Positions 17,295 to 25,782 of a stretch of 32,000 nt of DNA are shown here, piece by piece (position 1 is the first letter of the stretch; each line of letters begins with the position of its first letter). The notes below the pieces were generated by a model, which was not told where the DNA came from, did no database searches, and was given only the letters and a program-made list of their open reading frames with translations. Made by a program: the position numbers and the translations under genes. The stretch comes from Candidatus Omnitrophota bacterium (lineage in GTDB: Bacteria > Omnitrophota > Gorgyraeia > Zapsychrales > JANLHA01): contig OY759724.1 in NCBI GenBank assembly GCA_963662715.1, positions 840,001-872,000 of the forward strand. The letters run 5' to 3'.

Positions 17295-18070
17295 AACACT
17301 TTGCCTCTTCTCTTTAAAGTATCACCGTCACTCAACGGGGCAACAGTCTTCTTCTCTGCTTTATATACAAAAACAGTGCTGACGCCACGGAAATAAATCC
17401 CCACCCTATCCAGTTCAGCCTCGGATAAAGGGTTGACCCGGCAGGGCCTCAGCGGTGTGTTGATCTGGACTTCGTCCGGACGAATGGACTTGACAATCTG
17501 CGCGATATCTTCCGCACAGGCTTTATTCTCTCCGATAAACATAATCTGCAAGGCCAATTTTCCCTGATAGACATTCCTGAACGATTTGAGACCGGAGATA
17601 ATATCCGCAAGCTTCACTGTCTTAAAAGGCGCATTGACCGAAGAAAAAACGTCTTGTGTGGGAGCATCAAGTTTCGCGACCACCAGATCCGCTGAGGACA
17701 GATCCTCCTGCACGTCTTTTCTCGGCAATAAAGAGGAATTCGTTATAACGGCGACCTTCTCTTTTCTGGTCTGTTTGACAGCTCTGATCATCTCTCCCAG
17801 GTTAGCGGCCAGGGTCGGTTCCCCGGCTCCGGAAAATGTAACGGTATCTATCGTCAGAGGAGGCAGGGAATTCAACTCTTTAATAATATCCTCACAATCG
17901 ATAAAATGATGTCTTTCGTCCGTTAAAAGCCCGGTCTTTCCGACCTGGCAGTAGATACAGTCATAACTGCAGACCTTTCTTCCTTTGGAGACAGGATCTA
18001 TCCCTAACGAACGCCCCAGCCGCCAGGACGGTACGGGGCCGTAAATATATCTAAATTTTTTGACAGTCAT
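17291..18070 (-). CDS. radical SAM protein (COG0731-like, YGPVPS(W/R)RLGRSLG N-terminus)
   Basis: 259 aa. It carries CSYDCIYC (CxxxCxxC) and the SAM-binding-like motif FSGAGEPT. It overlaps the 3' end of the Mrp gene by 20 nt. Confidence 0.8.
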   Translation of the reverse strand: MTVKKFRYIYGPVPSWRLGRSLGIDPVSKGRKVCSYDCIYCQVGKTGLLTDERHHFIDCEDIIKELNSLPPLTIDTVTFSGAGEPTLAANLGEMIRAVKQTRKEKVAVITNSSLLPRKDVQEDLSSADLVVAKLDAPTQDVFSSVNAPFKTVKLADIISGLKSFRNVYQGKLALQIMFIGENKACAEDIAQIVKSIRPDEVQINTPLRPCRVNPLSEAELDRVGIYFRGVSTVFVYKAEKKTVAPLSDGDTLKRRGKVL

Positions 18071-18890
18071 GACCTAAATGTTTGATGATCTTTTCAACGA
18101 TCTTGCTCATGACACAGGATGACGGATCGTTTCTCGTTAACTGAACATAAGGCTGCCCCGTGTCGCTTTGCCTGACAATTTGGGGATTTACAGGGATCTG
18201 CCCTAAAAAAGGAACGTTCAGATCCTCAGCAGCTTCCCTCCCGCCCCCTTCTCCGAATAATTCAATCGGTTTCTGGCAATGCGGGCAGGCAAATCCGCTC
18301 ATATTTTCAATGATACCGACCAGCGGAACACCTATGGACTTTGCAAAAGCCACGCTCTTGCGGGAATCTAAAATGGCGACATCCTGAGGCGTCGTCACAA
18401 TAACGGCTCCGCTGATATCCGGGATGAGCTGGCAGACACTCAAAGGTTCATCCCCTGTTCCCGGAGGAGAATCAATGACCAGATAATCCAGAGACCCCCA
18501 GTTCACATCACTCAAAAATTGTTTGATCGTGGCCATCTTAAGAGGCCCCCGCCAGATAACGGGCTGATCCTGATGCTCCAGCAGCATCGCCATGCTGACC
18601 GCTTTAAGATTAGGCAGAACCGCCAAAGCCTCTATGCCTTTTTCCGACCCTGCCAGCCTGACATCCTCAACCCCCAGCATTTTGGCGATATTCGGGCCGT
18701 GCATATCCACGTCCAAAATACCGACCTGCTTCCCCCGCAGAGCGAGTTCATAAGCGAGGTTAACGGCGACCGTGGTCTTTCCGACCCCGCCTTTACCGCT
18801 CATGACAATAAGTTTATGCCGTATTTTCTGCAGCCGTTCTTGAAGGCGGCGGTCCTGCAGAATTTTTTCCTGTTCTTCAGCCTTTTGCAT
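18051..18890 (-). CDS. Mrp/NBP35 (ApbC-like) Fe-S cluster carrier ATPase
   Basis: 279 aa. It has the deviant Walker A motif [10 protein letters not shown], the CPHC motif and DSPPGTGD. A good SD (AAGGAAAGGAA) is present. Confidence 0.88.
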   Translation of the reverse strand: MQKAEEQEKILQDRRLQERLQKIRHKLIVMSGKGGVGKTTVAVNLAYELALRGKQVGILDVDMHGPNIAKMLGVEDVRLAGSEKGIEALAVLPNLKAVSMAMLLEHQDQPVIWRGPLKMATIKQFLSDVNWGSLDYLVIDSPPGTGDEPLSVCQLIPDISGAVIVTTPQDVAILDSRKSVAFAKSIGVPLVGIIENMSGFACPHCQKPIELFGEGGGREAAEDLNVPFLGQIPVNPQIVRQSDTGQPYVQLTRNDPSSCVMSKIVEKIIKHLGHDCQKI

Positions 18891-18984
18891 GGTTCCTTTC
18901 CTTTTTTCAAATATGTTTTCGCCCTAAAGCTGCGGCAACGTCAGTTCTAAAGATATACTCCAGTCTTTACCGGGATAATCCGCG

Positions 18985-19845
18985 TTATTGGCTCTGCTGT
19001 TTTATGGTTTCCCATATGGCCGTCACGTCTTTTTTAGCCCTGCTGTCACCGCCCTCAATAATCGTTTTTCCCCGCACCATGGCATGCACAACGGCTTTAT
19101 CAAAACCGATCTTTCCGACAACCTCTATCCCCTGGCTTTTACAGGCCTGCAGAATCAGGCCGGACATATCCGGATTTAAATCATATTTATTAACGACCAC
19201 CTTAGGCGGAATGCCGAAATGTCTGGCCACTTCGATAACTCTCAAAGCATCATGCCAGCCGGACAAAGTAGGCTCAGTGACCACCAGAGCAAAATCCACT
19301 CCGGATAACGAAGCGATAACCGGACAGCCTATCCCCGGAGACCCGTCAATGATAATCCAATCGCAATTTTTCTGTTCGGCCAGCTCTTTGGCTTTCTTCC
19401 TGACCAGGCTCACCAGCTTCCCGGAATTTTCTTCCGCGATTCCCAATTTTGCATGGACCATCGGTCCGAAACGTGACTCCGACACAAACCATTCCCCGGC
19501 GATATTCTCCTTCATCTCTATCGCCCCGACAGGACAGACATGATGACAAAATGCGCACCCCTCACAGGAAACAGGATCAATTTGGAAATCCTTGTCGATA
19601 GCGTCAAAACGGCATATCTCCCGGCACTGCCCGCATTGAGCGCAGAGGGCCTTGTCCAGGAAAGCCGTAACTCCGCTTTTAAACTCCTGTCTCTGAAGGA
19701 TATCCGGCTGCAGCAATAAATGCAGGTCCGCGGCATCAACGTCGCAATCCACCATAACTTTATTATCGGCGAGCGCCGCCAAACTCGCCGTAAGGACCGT
19801 TTTGCCTGTGCCGCCTTTTCCGCTGATCACAACAATTTGTTTCAT
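18985..19845 (-). CDS. MinD/ParA-type P-loop ATPase with 2x[4Fe-4S] ferredoxin insert
   Basis: I chose the internal start MKQIVVISGKGGTGKT because of the AGGAACGAGG SD. It carries CAQCGQCREICRFDAI and CEGCAFCHHVCPVGAI. The longer ORF start at 19905 would overlap the upstream gene. Confidence 0.85.
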   Translation of the reverse strand: MKQIVVISGKGGTGKTVLTASLAALADNKVMVDCDVDAADLHLLLQPDILQRQEFKSGVTAFLDKALCAQCGQCREICRFDAIDKDFQIDPVSCEGCAFCHHVCPVGAIEMKENIAGEWFVSESRFGPMVHAKLGIAEENSGKLVSLVRKKAKELAEQKNCDWIIIDGSPGIGCPVIASLSGVDFALVVTEPTLSGWHDALRVIEVARHFGIPPKVVVNKYDLNPDMSGLILQACKSQGIEVVGKIGFDKAVVHAMVRGKTIIEGGDSRAKKDVTAIWETIKQQSQ

Positions 19846-19867
19846 AAGACCTCGTTCCTGAAAGACA

Positions 19868-21217
19868 TCACATTTTACCGTAAGCATCCTGCGCGGCCTG
19901 AACAAGAGGGTACACGGTCGGGGCGCTGGTCAAATAGGGATGCGTGGCCACCTGCAGGGTTTCTAATTCCGTAAAGGACATGCGCTTCTGAATGGCAAGC
20001 CCGATGACGTTGATCAGCTGGGCGCACGACATCCCGCAGCTGACCTGTCCTCCCAAGATAATCCCTGACTGTTTGGAAAAAATCAGTTTGACCTTTCCCT
20101 GGCTGGCTCCCGGGAGAGATGCCGGATGCTTATCAATGCCGTCTGCTGTCCCGACGACGATCTCAAACCCTTCTCTGCGGGCCGTCTGCTCCGTCAGCCC
20201 CGCGGACCCCAGCACCAGACCGTCAATATATGTGGAATAAATCGCAATGGTGCCCTTATTCTCACGCACGACTTTGATTTGATAAAGATTAGCCCCGGCG
20301 ATTCTGGCTTCCGCCGTGGCCGTTGAGGCCAGCATAACAGGGATCGCCTTCCTCGTATAAAAATCCCTTTTGCAGGAACAGTCTCCCACGGCAAAAATAT
20401 CCGGATCCACAGTCGTTCGCATATACTCATCAACCAGGACACCCTTGCAACTGCCCAGCTCCAGTCCCGCTTCTTCGGCTAAATGCACATTCGGCCTGGA
20501 ACCTATGCCAAGGATAACGGCATCGGCCGGCTGTTCCTGACCGTTCGAGAAACAGACCTTTTCCACTTTCTCCTGCCCGGCTATCTCTGCAATGCGCGTG
20601 TTCGTTAAAACCTGGACGCCTTTCTCTTTTAACCGGGCTTCCGCCATTTGGGAGAACTCGTCATCAAAGGAATTGGCGAGCAGATGCGGCAGCATCTCCA
20701 CGAGACTGACGTTGATCCCTTTTCTTTTAGACAATTCATCCGCGAATTCAACACCGATAAATCCTCCGCCTATAATAATCACATCCTTACACTGCTGAAT
20801 CTGGCTGACCGCTTCTTTTAAATACCCCATTTCTTTGTGAATGGGATAGACGCCTTTCTTGTCGATTCCCTTTATCGGCAAAATAACCGGCGTCGACCCC
20901 ATGGCCAGAATCAATTTTTCGTAATGATATTGATCCCCCTGTTCGGTCTGAACGCATTTTTCCCCACGCTGAACAGACTTCGCCTTGTCAATCACGACAT
21001 GAATATGATTCTTGTCCAATGAAGCCGTCCCCAGGGCATTATCCTGAGGATGATCCAGGCTCGCAAACATATAAGGGATACCGCAGGGAATGACACCCTC
21101 CGCAATGTCCTTCATAACGACAATGTCTTTATCCGGATAATATTTTTTTGCTGTAATAGCGCTGATGATCCCGGCCGGGCCGCCCCCGATGACTAAAACA
21201 TCTGTCTTCTTTTCCAT
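19868..21217 (-). CDS. FAD-dependent pyridine nucleotide-disulfide oxidoreductase (CoA-disulfide reductase / NADH oxidase-like)
   Basis: 449 aa. It has the FAD-binding motif VLVIGGGPAG, the NAD(P)-binding motif VIIIGGGFIGVEFA and FAVGDC. A single redox Cys sits in an IPCGIPY context, as in Nox/CoADR. Confidence 0.85.
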   Translation of the reverse strand: MEKKTDVLVIGGGPAGIISAITAKKYYPDKDIVVMKDIAEGVIPCGIPYMFASLDHPQDNALGTASLDKNHIHVVIDKAKSVQRGEKCVQTEQGDQYHYEKLILAMGSTPVILPIKGIDKKGVYPIHKEMGYLKEAVSQIQQCKDVIIIGGGFIGVEFADELSKRKGINVSLVEMLPHLLANSFDDEFSQMAEARLKEKGVQVLTNTRIAEIAGQEKVEKVCFSNGQEQPADAVILGIGSRPNVHLAEEAGLELGSCKGVLVDEYMRTTVDPDIFAVGDCSCKRDFYTRKAIPVMLASTATAEARIAGANLYQIKVVRENKGTIAIYSTYIDGLVLGSAGLTEQTARREGFEIVVGTADGIDKHPASLPGASQGKVKLIFSKQSGIILGGQVSCGMSCAQLINVIGLAIQKRMSFTELETLQVATHPYLTSAPTVYPLVQAAQDAYGKM

Positions 21218-21226
21218 ACTCTCCCC

Positions 21227-22066
21227 CTATCTTTGCTTGATTTTTTCTTCGATCTTTTCAAACAGCTGCCGAAATTTCTCTTTATATTCAGGACATGTTT
21301 CAACAACGGTTTCACCCCGCGAATAACCTTCGGCTATTTTTCTGGAAAAAGGGATCCGCAGGTAAACAGGAATGTGTTCTTCTTGACAATACTGTTCCGT
21401 CCGTTCATCCCCCAAATCCGCGCGATTGATAACCACCCCGAAAGGGATGTTCAGTTTGCGTAAAACCTCTACAGCCAATATCAAATCATTGAGCCCGAAA
21501 GGGGTCGGTTCCGTGACCAGGAGACAAAAATCGCTGATCCTGATGGCCTCAATAACAGGGCAGGACGTTCCCGGCGGCGCATCAATGATCACGGTTCTTG
21601 TGGAATTGATATTTTCTTTAACGGCCCGGATAAGCGGCGGGGCCATGGCCTGGCCGATATGCAGCTTTCCGTGCACAAACTGCAGTCCACGGGCCTCCCC
21701 GAATTCAACGACGCCGATCTCCTTGCCGACTTCCTGAATGGCTTTCTGGGGACAAAAATAAGAACAGGACCCGCACCCATGGCAAAGTTCCGGGAAGACC
21801 AGGACCCGGTCTTTTAAGACGGCGATCGCATTGTAGGCGCAGACTTTCTGGCAGCGTCCGCAGTGCCCGCAAAGGTTCTCTTGGATTTGCGGAACGGGGA
21901 TGAAGACGGGGTCTTGATGCCCTATGGCCGGTTTTATAAAAATATGGGCATTGGGTTCTTCAACGTCGCAGTCCAGAATCTGCACCTGAGGAAGCGACAA
22001 GGCCAGGCTTGTTGCCACCGTGGTCTTTCCTGTGCCGCCTTTTCCGCTGGCCACTGAAATAATCAT
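21227..22066 (-). CDS. MinD/ParA-type P-loop ATPase with 2x[4Fe-4S] ferredoxin insert (second copy)
   Basis: I chose the internal start MIISVASGKGGTGKT, 5 nt after the methyltransferase stop. It carries CGHCGRCQKVCAYNAI and CHGCGSCSYFCPQKAI. Confidence 0.85.
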   Translation of the reverse strand: MIISVASGKGGTGKTTVATSLALSLPQVQILDCDVEEPNAHIFIKPAIGHQDPVFIPVPQIQENLCGHCGRCQKVCAYNAIAVLKDRVLVFPELCHGCGSCSYFCPQKAIQEVGKEIGVVEFGEARGLQFVHGKLHIGQAMAPPLIRAVKENINSTRTVIIDAPPGTSCPVIEAIRISDFCLLVTEPTPFGLNDLILAVEVLRKLNIPFGVVINRADLGDERTEQYCQEEHIPVYLRIPFSRKIAEGYSRGETVVETCPEYKEKFRQLFEKIEEKIKQR

Positions 22067-22071
22067 ACCGT

Positions 22072-22683
22072 TTAACAGCCCCTTTGACAGAAAATCAAGA
22101 GCTCCTGGCAATCTGTGCCATAGACCTTGACTTGATAATTTTTATCCGATAAATATTTTTCCACATCCTTTAAGTGACATTGTCCGCGCGAATGGTGCCG
22201 GCCTTCGCTGGCATGAATCCGGCCGATAAGCTCAAAACCTTTCTGGTTAAAATCACTTAAAATAATTTTTCCTTTCCGGGAAACCACCCGAATCAATTCA
22301 TCAACAACTTTAAAAGGATGATCCAGGTGATGAATAAAATTGATGGCAAACACGATGTCAAAACTCTCGTCAGCGAACTGAAGATGTTCCGCGTCGCCCA
22401 TGACAAAGCTTACCTGAGACTCCAGCCCGGCATACTCAATATTCATACGGGCAAACCTCTGCTCCTCGTCAGAGATGTCCACTGTTGTCAAATGATGACC
22501 CTTTTGAGCCAAGGCAAGCGTAAAATATCCTTTGCCGGTCCCGAGTTCTAATATCCGTCCTTCAATCGGTTGAGATTTTTCAATAATAAAATCTCTTTCC
22601 CGGATGACGTCATATCCGAATTCCCGGAACAGCCGGATCCGCTCCTGATAAATTTTATGATTCTCTGTCATCTGTTCTTTCAT
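22072..22683 (-). CDS. class I SAM-dependent methyltransferase
   Basis: 203 aa. Motif I is ILELGTGKGYF, and a post-I acidic residue and FDIVFAINFIHHL are present. Its ATG overlaps the upstream stop (ATGA). Confidence 0.8.
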   Translation of the reverse strand: MKEQMTENHKIYQERIRLFREFGYDVIRERDFIIEKSQPIEGRILELGTGKGYFTLALAQKGHHLTTVDISDEEQRFARMNIEYAGLESQVSFVMGDAEHLQFADESFDIVFAINFIHHLDHPFKVVDELIRVVSRKGKIILSDFNQKGFELIGRIHASEGRHHSRGQCHLKDVEKYLSDKNYQVKVYGTDCQELLIFCQRGC

Positions 22684-22868
22684 GACTCCCTCGTCATCTT
22701 ACGGCCGCAGGCCGGACAAGCTACCGTATTGCAGGGAAAGCCTCTCTTATGAGGGACCCTGGTCCCGCAGTTGGGACACACACAATTTCCTCCCTGGCCG
22801 GCCCCTCCTCTTCCCCGGCCGCGGCCTTGTCCTGAATTATTGGGTCCGAGTCCGTTTCCTCCGGGCAT
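22680..22868 (-). CDS. small Gly/Arg-rich protein with C-terminal CPxCG zinc ribbon (N-terminus DUF5320-like)
   Basis: 62 aa: MPGGNGLGPNNSGQGRGRGRGG...CVCPNCG...CPACGRK. Its position in the operon is tight. Confidence 0.65.
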   Translation of the reverse strand: MPGGNGLGPNNSGQGRGRGRGGAGQGGNCVCPNCGTRVPHKRGFPCNTVACPACGRKMTRES

Positions 22869-22880
22869 GAGACACCCCTT

Positions 22881-23249
22881 TCAAGCATTTAATCCTGATT
22901 TCTCTTCCGTATTAGGTCCCTTGCTCACTTTAAGCTCACCGTTTTTAAATTTCTCCAGAGCATCTTTGACAGAACCCGAGACATTGACAACAACATCAAT
23001 CCCGGCCGCCTCTAATGTCTGGGAGGCATTAGGCCCCACCTTGCCTGTGATGACAACCTTGGCCTGTTGCTCAGCCACAAGCTGTCCGGATTGAACGCCG
23101 ACACCGCCCATCCCGGACACATTTTCATTCTCCACCGCTTCAAATTCCGAAGTCTCGGTATCAATGAAAATAAAATACTGACAGCGTCCGAAACGCTGAT
23201 CAACGTTTGCCGCTAAATCTTTCCCCTCCGATGTTATACAAATTCTCAT
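22881..23249 (-). CDS. NifX/NifB-like dinitrogenase FeMo-cofactor-binding-domain protein (PF02579-type, ORP-like)
   Basis: I chose the ATG at 23249 because of the GAGAGGTGA SD. The sequence MRICITSEGKDLAANVDQRFGRCQYFIFID...VVITGKVGPNASQTLEAAGIDV fits this family. An alternative GTG at 23258 overlaps the upstream stop. Confidence 0.8.
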   Translation of the reverse strand: MRICITSEGKDLAANVDQRFGRCQYFIFIDTETSEFEAVENENVSGMGGVGVQSGQLVAEQQAKVVITGKVGPNASQTLEAAGIDVVVNVSGSVKDALEKFKNGELKVSKGPNTEEKSGLNA

Positions 23250-23254
23250 TCCCG

Positions 23255-23662
23255 TCACCTCTCTTCATGTTCGCAGTTATCTTCATGGGGATGATCACAT
23301 ATGGTCTTGTCCAACCCATATCCTTTGCCCGCCCCTGGCTTGCAAAGGCTTTCTCCCCCCTGTAATGTCCCGGCCTGCAGCTGCCCGACAACCTCGCCGA
23401 TCGTTCCCTGTATCCCCACAATAGTCTGTATGCCGTACTCGGCAAAAAAACCGGTGGCGCGCATCCCCATTCCGCCGGCAATAATACATTGAACGCCTTG
23501 TTCGTGCAAAAACTGCGGGATTAACCCCGGCTGATGTCCCGGATTATCAATCGTTTTCTGACCCGTCACCTTCCCGTCTTCCATATCGACAATGGTAAAA
23601 GACGGGCATCGTCCGAAATGAGCGGAGACAGAATCATGATCTGTTGCAATAGCGACTTTCAA
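23255..23662 (-). CDS. NifX/NifB-like FeMo-cofactor-binding-domain protein with Cys/His-rich tail
   Basis: A TTG start is preceded by AGGAGGtttattt. The sequence is MKVAIATDHDSVSAHFGRCPSFTIVD...CIIAGGMGMRATGFFAEYGIQ, with the tail CDHPHEDNCEHEER. Confidence 0.8.
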   Translation of the reverse strand: MKVAIATDHDSVSAHFGRCPSFTIVDMEDGKVTGQKTIDNPGHQPGLIPQFLHEQGVQCIIAGGMGMRATGFFAEYGIQTIVGIQGTIGEVVGQLQAGTLQGGESLCKPGAGKGYGLDKTICDHPHEDNCEHEER

Positions 23663-23692
23663 AATAAACCTCCTGTCAAAAATCCCAAAGGC

Positions 23693-23723
23693 AGATGGGA
23701 GTAAGCCGGACCTACTCCCATCT
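23693..23723 (-). repeat. 11-bp perfect-stem hairpin inside the operon (attenuator, processing site or weak terminator)
   Basis: AGATGGGAGTA-agccggacc-TACTCCCATCT. On the minus strand it is followed by gcctttgggattttt. Confidence 0.5.
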
Positions 23724-23749
23724 ATAAGTTATAATCGTTCATTTTCACC

Positions 23750-24070
23750 TTATGCCGTGTTAGATTCCAATTCTTTGATGCGGGCATTCATGGCTTCGAT
23801 CCCCTCCTGCATGGCTCTGACTTGGTCTCTTAAGATTTCCGCTTCCTCTTTGTCAGAAGCATACGGCGCTCCGTAGGGATAAGAGCCGTTGCGTCTCATG
23901 CCCCAACCCCGGCCGCGGCCGAACCCCCGTCCCATACCTCGATGAAAACGAAAGCCCCCCGCCGGCATCGGGTTGGCAAAACCCGGCATATTGTACCCGG
24001 AACAGTATCCTGCCCCGCGTCCTGTTCTTGACCCCATTCCCATAGGGCCGGTTCTGTCTCCTCCTGGCAT
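23750..24070 (-). CDS. DUF5320-family protein (Gly/Arg-rich N-terminus, coiled-coil C-terminus)
   Basis: The ATG at 24070 is preceded by GGAGGTGAtacaa. The sequence is MPGGDRTGPMGMGSRTGRGAGYCSG...GRGFGRGRGWG...EAEILRDQVRAMQEGIEAMNARIKELE. Confidence 0.75.
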   Translation of the reverse strand: MPGGDRTGPMGMGSRTGRGAGYCSGYNMPGFANPMPAGGFRFHRGMGRGFGRGRGWGMRRNGSYPYGAPYASDKEEAEILRDQVRAMQEGIEAMNARIKELESNTA

Positions 24071-24118
24071 TTGTATCACCTCCTTTGACTGAATTCCGCC
24101 TTTGCGGCAAGATCCATA

Positions 24119-25777
24119 TTATCCAATACCTAACCCCAGCAACCCGGGATTGACCAAAAGCACAATCCCCAGCAACAGCATGATGATTCCCCCGATAAAC
24201 TTAATAATTTCCATCTGCCTTTGTGTTATTTTTCGGGCTTTGAGCGTATAAACGAATATAGAAACAATCACGAGCAAAGGCAGCACATAAACCAAATTAT
24301 AATACATGAGATAAACATAATAACTCGTTGTCAGCTTTAACCCTTTGCCGGCTAATATCCCCGTATAAATAATCGGGAAGCCTGCGGTGCAGGGCAATTC
24401 GACCAAAGACGCCAGTGCCGCCAGTCCCAGGGAAGATGTGATTAAAAGCGGGAACGACCCTTTCTGGATAATTTCCTTCATTTGGTCCATCTTCCTCATC
24501 AAAGGGTCCTTATGGCTGTCCTGGATCATCAGCGTAATCCCCTTGCGGAAGAAAAACAGCTCTTTACAGTTTATGAGCCCGGCCAAAATAGCCATGACGG
24601 CGAGGCCTATGCGCAAGGGGTTAATGAAACTGATATACTTGAAAACGTTCAGCCACAGGGCCATGAACATGAAATAAAACACATAGACCATGGCCACAAA
24701 ACTCAAGGCCACGGCATAAAGCCTCTTACGCGAATCTGATGTCGAGATTAACAGGGCCAGCAGGCACGTCAGGACAAACATGTTACAGGGGTTAAAACCG
24801 TCCACCAGGGCAATGAGAAAAGTAAACAGCGGCAGCGGCATATCATAACCGGTCTTCTCGAGGAAGTCGGGCGTAACATTTCTTGCAAAAAAGAAAAACG
24901 TGACCAGCGAGGCTAAAGAGACCATCGCGATGATAAAATCACGGATCCTTCCGCGGAACTCGAACCGGAGGGCCGCGCCTTTCGGTGTTTTCCTGACCCG
25001 GAAGAATGTGAAGGAAACCGCCAGGATCATCAGGCTCACGAGCATGAAAAACATCTTCTTACCCATGGAATCAGGCTCCGGCTTTTCAATAACAAGCGGT
25101 TCGCCGTTCCACTGCAAACGCCAATGTCCTATCTTAACGGCATATTCAAAGTCCAGCTGGGCCCGGGAAATCACCACGGGTTCCGGCTCAACCTTTTCGA
25201 ACCGGACATCCTGCAGTATTTTCGACAAATCATCTTCCAGCAGAATTCTCTTTAATAACTTGTCGTCCCCGCCTTCCCCGTGAATCAGCACCCGGTCTTT
25301 TGTCCATATCTTGGGCGCCCCGGGAAGCCGTGTCAAATCAAGCTCTGCCAACGGAACGGCGCTTCCGTCCCATTTCGGGAAGGCGTTCGGCTCAAGGTCT
25401 TTAATCGTTTTAGCCGCAGCCAGCACCTGGTACCGTCCGAGAGTGCGGTTATCCTGGCTAAAAATTAAAAACGGGACCCCGGGACGTTCTTCGCCTATAT
25501 AGTTTTTAAAATATTGATCCTTGACTTCCAGATTCTCCTCTCGTGAACGGTAAATCTCATATTCAAATAAAATCAGACGGGGATGATTCCTTGTGGCCTC
25601 TACGAAAAGAACCGGGTCGGTCACCGCGCAGTTACCGCAGCCAATCCCGGTGATATAAACCGCGCACAGGGGTTCTTCAGGTCTTTCCTCCGAGCCGAAG
25701 GCCAAAGAGTTCGTAAAAAATACTGCGCTGAAGCATAGAAATAAACACATAAAAATCTTTGCAGCTTTTTGCATCAT
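24119..25777 (-). CDS. membrane protein: periplasmic thioredoxin-like CxxC domain fused to DsbD/CcdA-like transmembrane domain
   Basis: I chose the internal start MMQKAAKIFMCLFLCFSAVFFTNSLAFG (GGAGGTG SD, 5 nt after the MBL stop). It has a GCGNC motif, and the TM domain carries GFNPCNMFVL and ELPCTAGFPI. Confidence 0.65.
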   Translation of the reverse strand: MMQKAAKIFMCLFLCFSAVFFTNSLAFGSEERPEEPLCAVYITGIGCGNCAVTDPVLFVEATRNHPRLILFEYEIYRSREENLEVKDQYFKNYIGEERPGVPFLIFSQDNRTLGRYQVLAAAKTIKDLEPNAFPKWDGSAVPLAELDLTRLPGAPKIWTKDRVLIHGEGGDDKLLKRILLEDDLSKILQDVRFEKVEPEPVVISRAQLDFEYAVKIGHWRLQWNGEPLVIEKPEPDSMGKKMFFMLVSLMILAVSFTFFRVRKTPKGAALRFEFRGRIRDFIIAMVSLASLVTFFFFARNVTPDFLEKTGYDMPLPLFTFLIALVDGFNPCNMFVLTCLLALLISTSDSRKRLYAVALSFVAMVYVFYFMFMALWLNVFKYISFINPLRIGLAVMAILAGLINCKELFFFRKGITLMIQDSHKDPLMRKMDQMKEIIQKGSFPLLITSSLGLAALASLVELPCTAGFPIIYTGILAGKGLKLTTSYYVYLMYYNLVYVLPLLVIVSIFVYTLKARKITQRQMEIIKFIGGIIMLLLGIVLLVNPGLLGLGIG

Positions 25778-25782
25778 TCCTA

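Noticed and set aside
19846-19905. N-terminal extensions of track ORFs (18985..19905, 21227..22111, 24119..25873, 10666..14415 and 23750..24079)
   Set aside because: The extensions overlap upstream genes or lack an SD. The internal starts are preceded by good SDs and yield canonical N-termini (a Walker A motif at residues ~8-15, or signal peptides).
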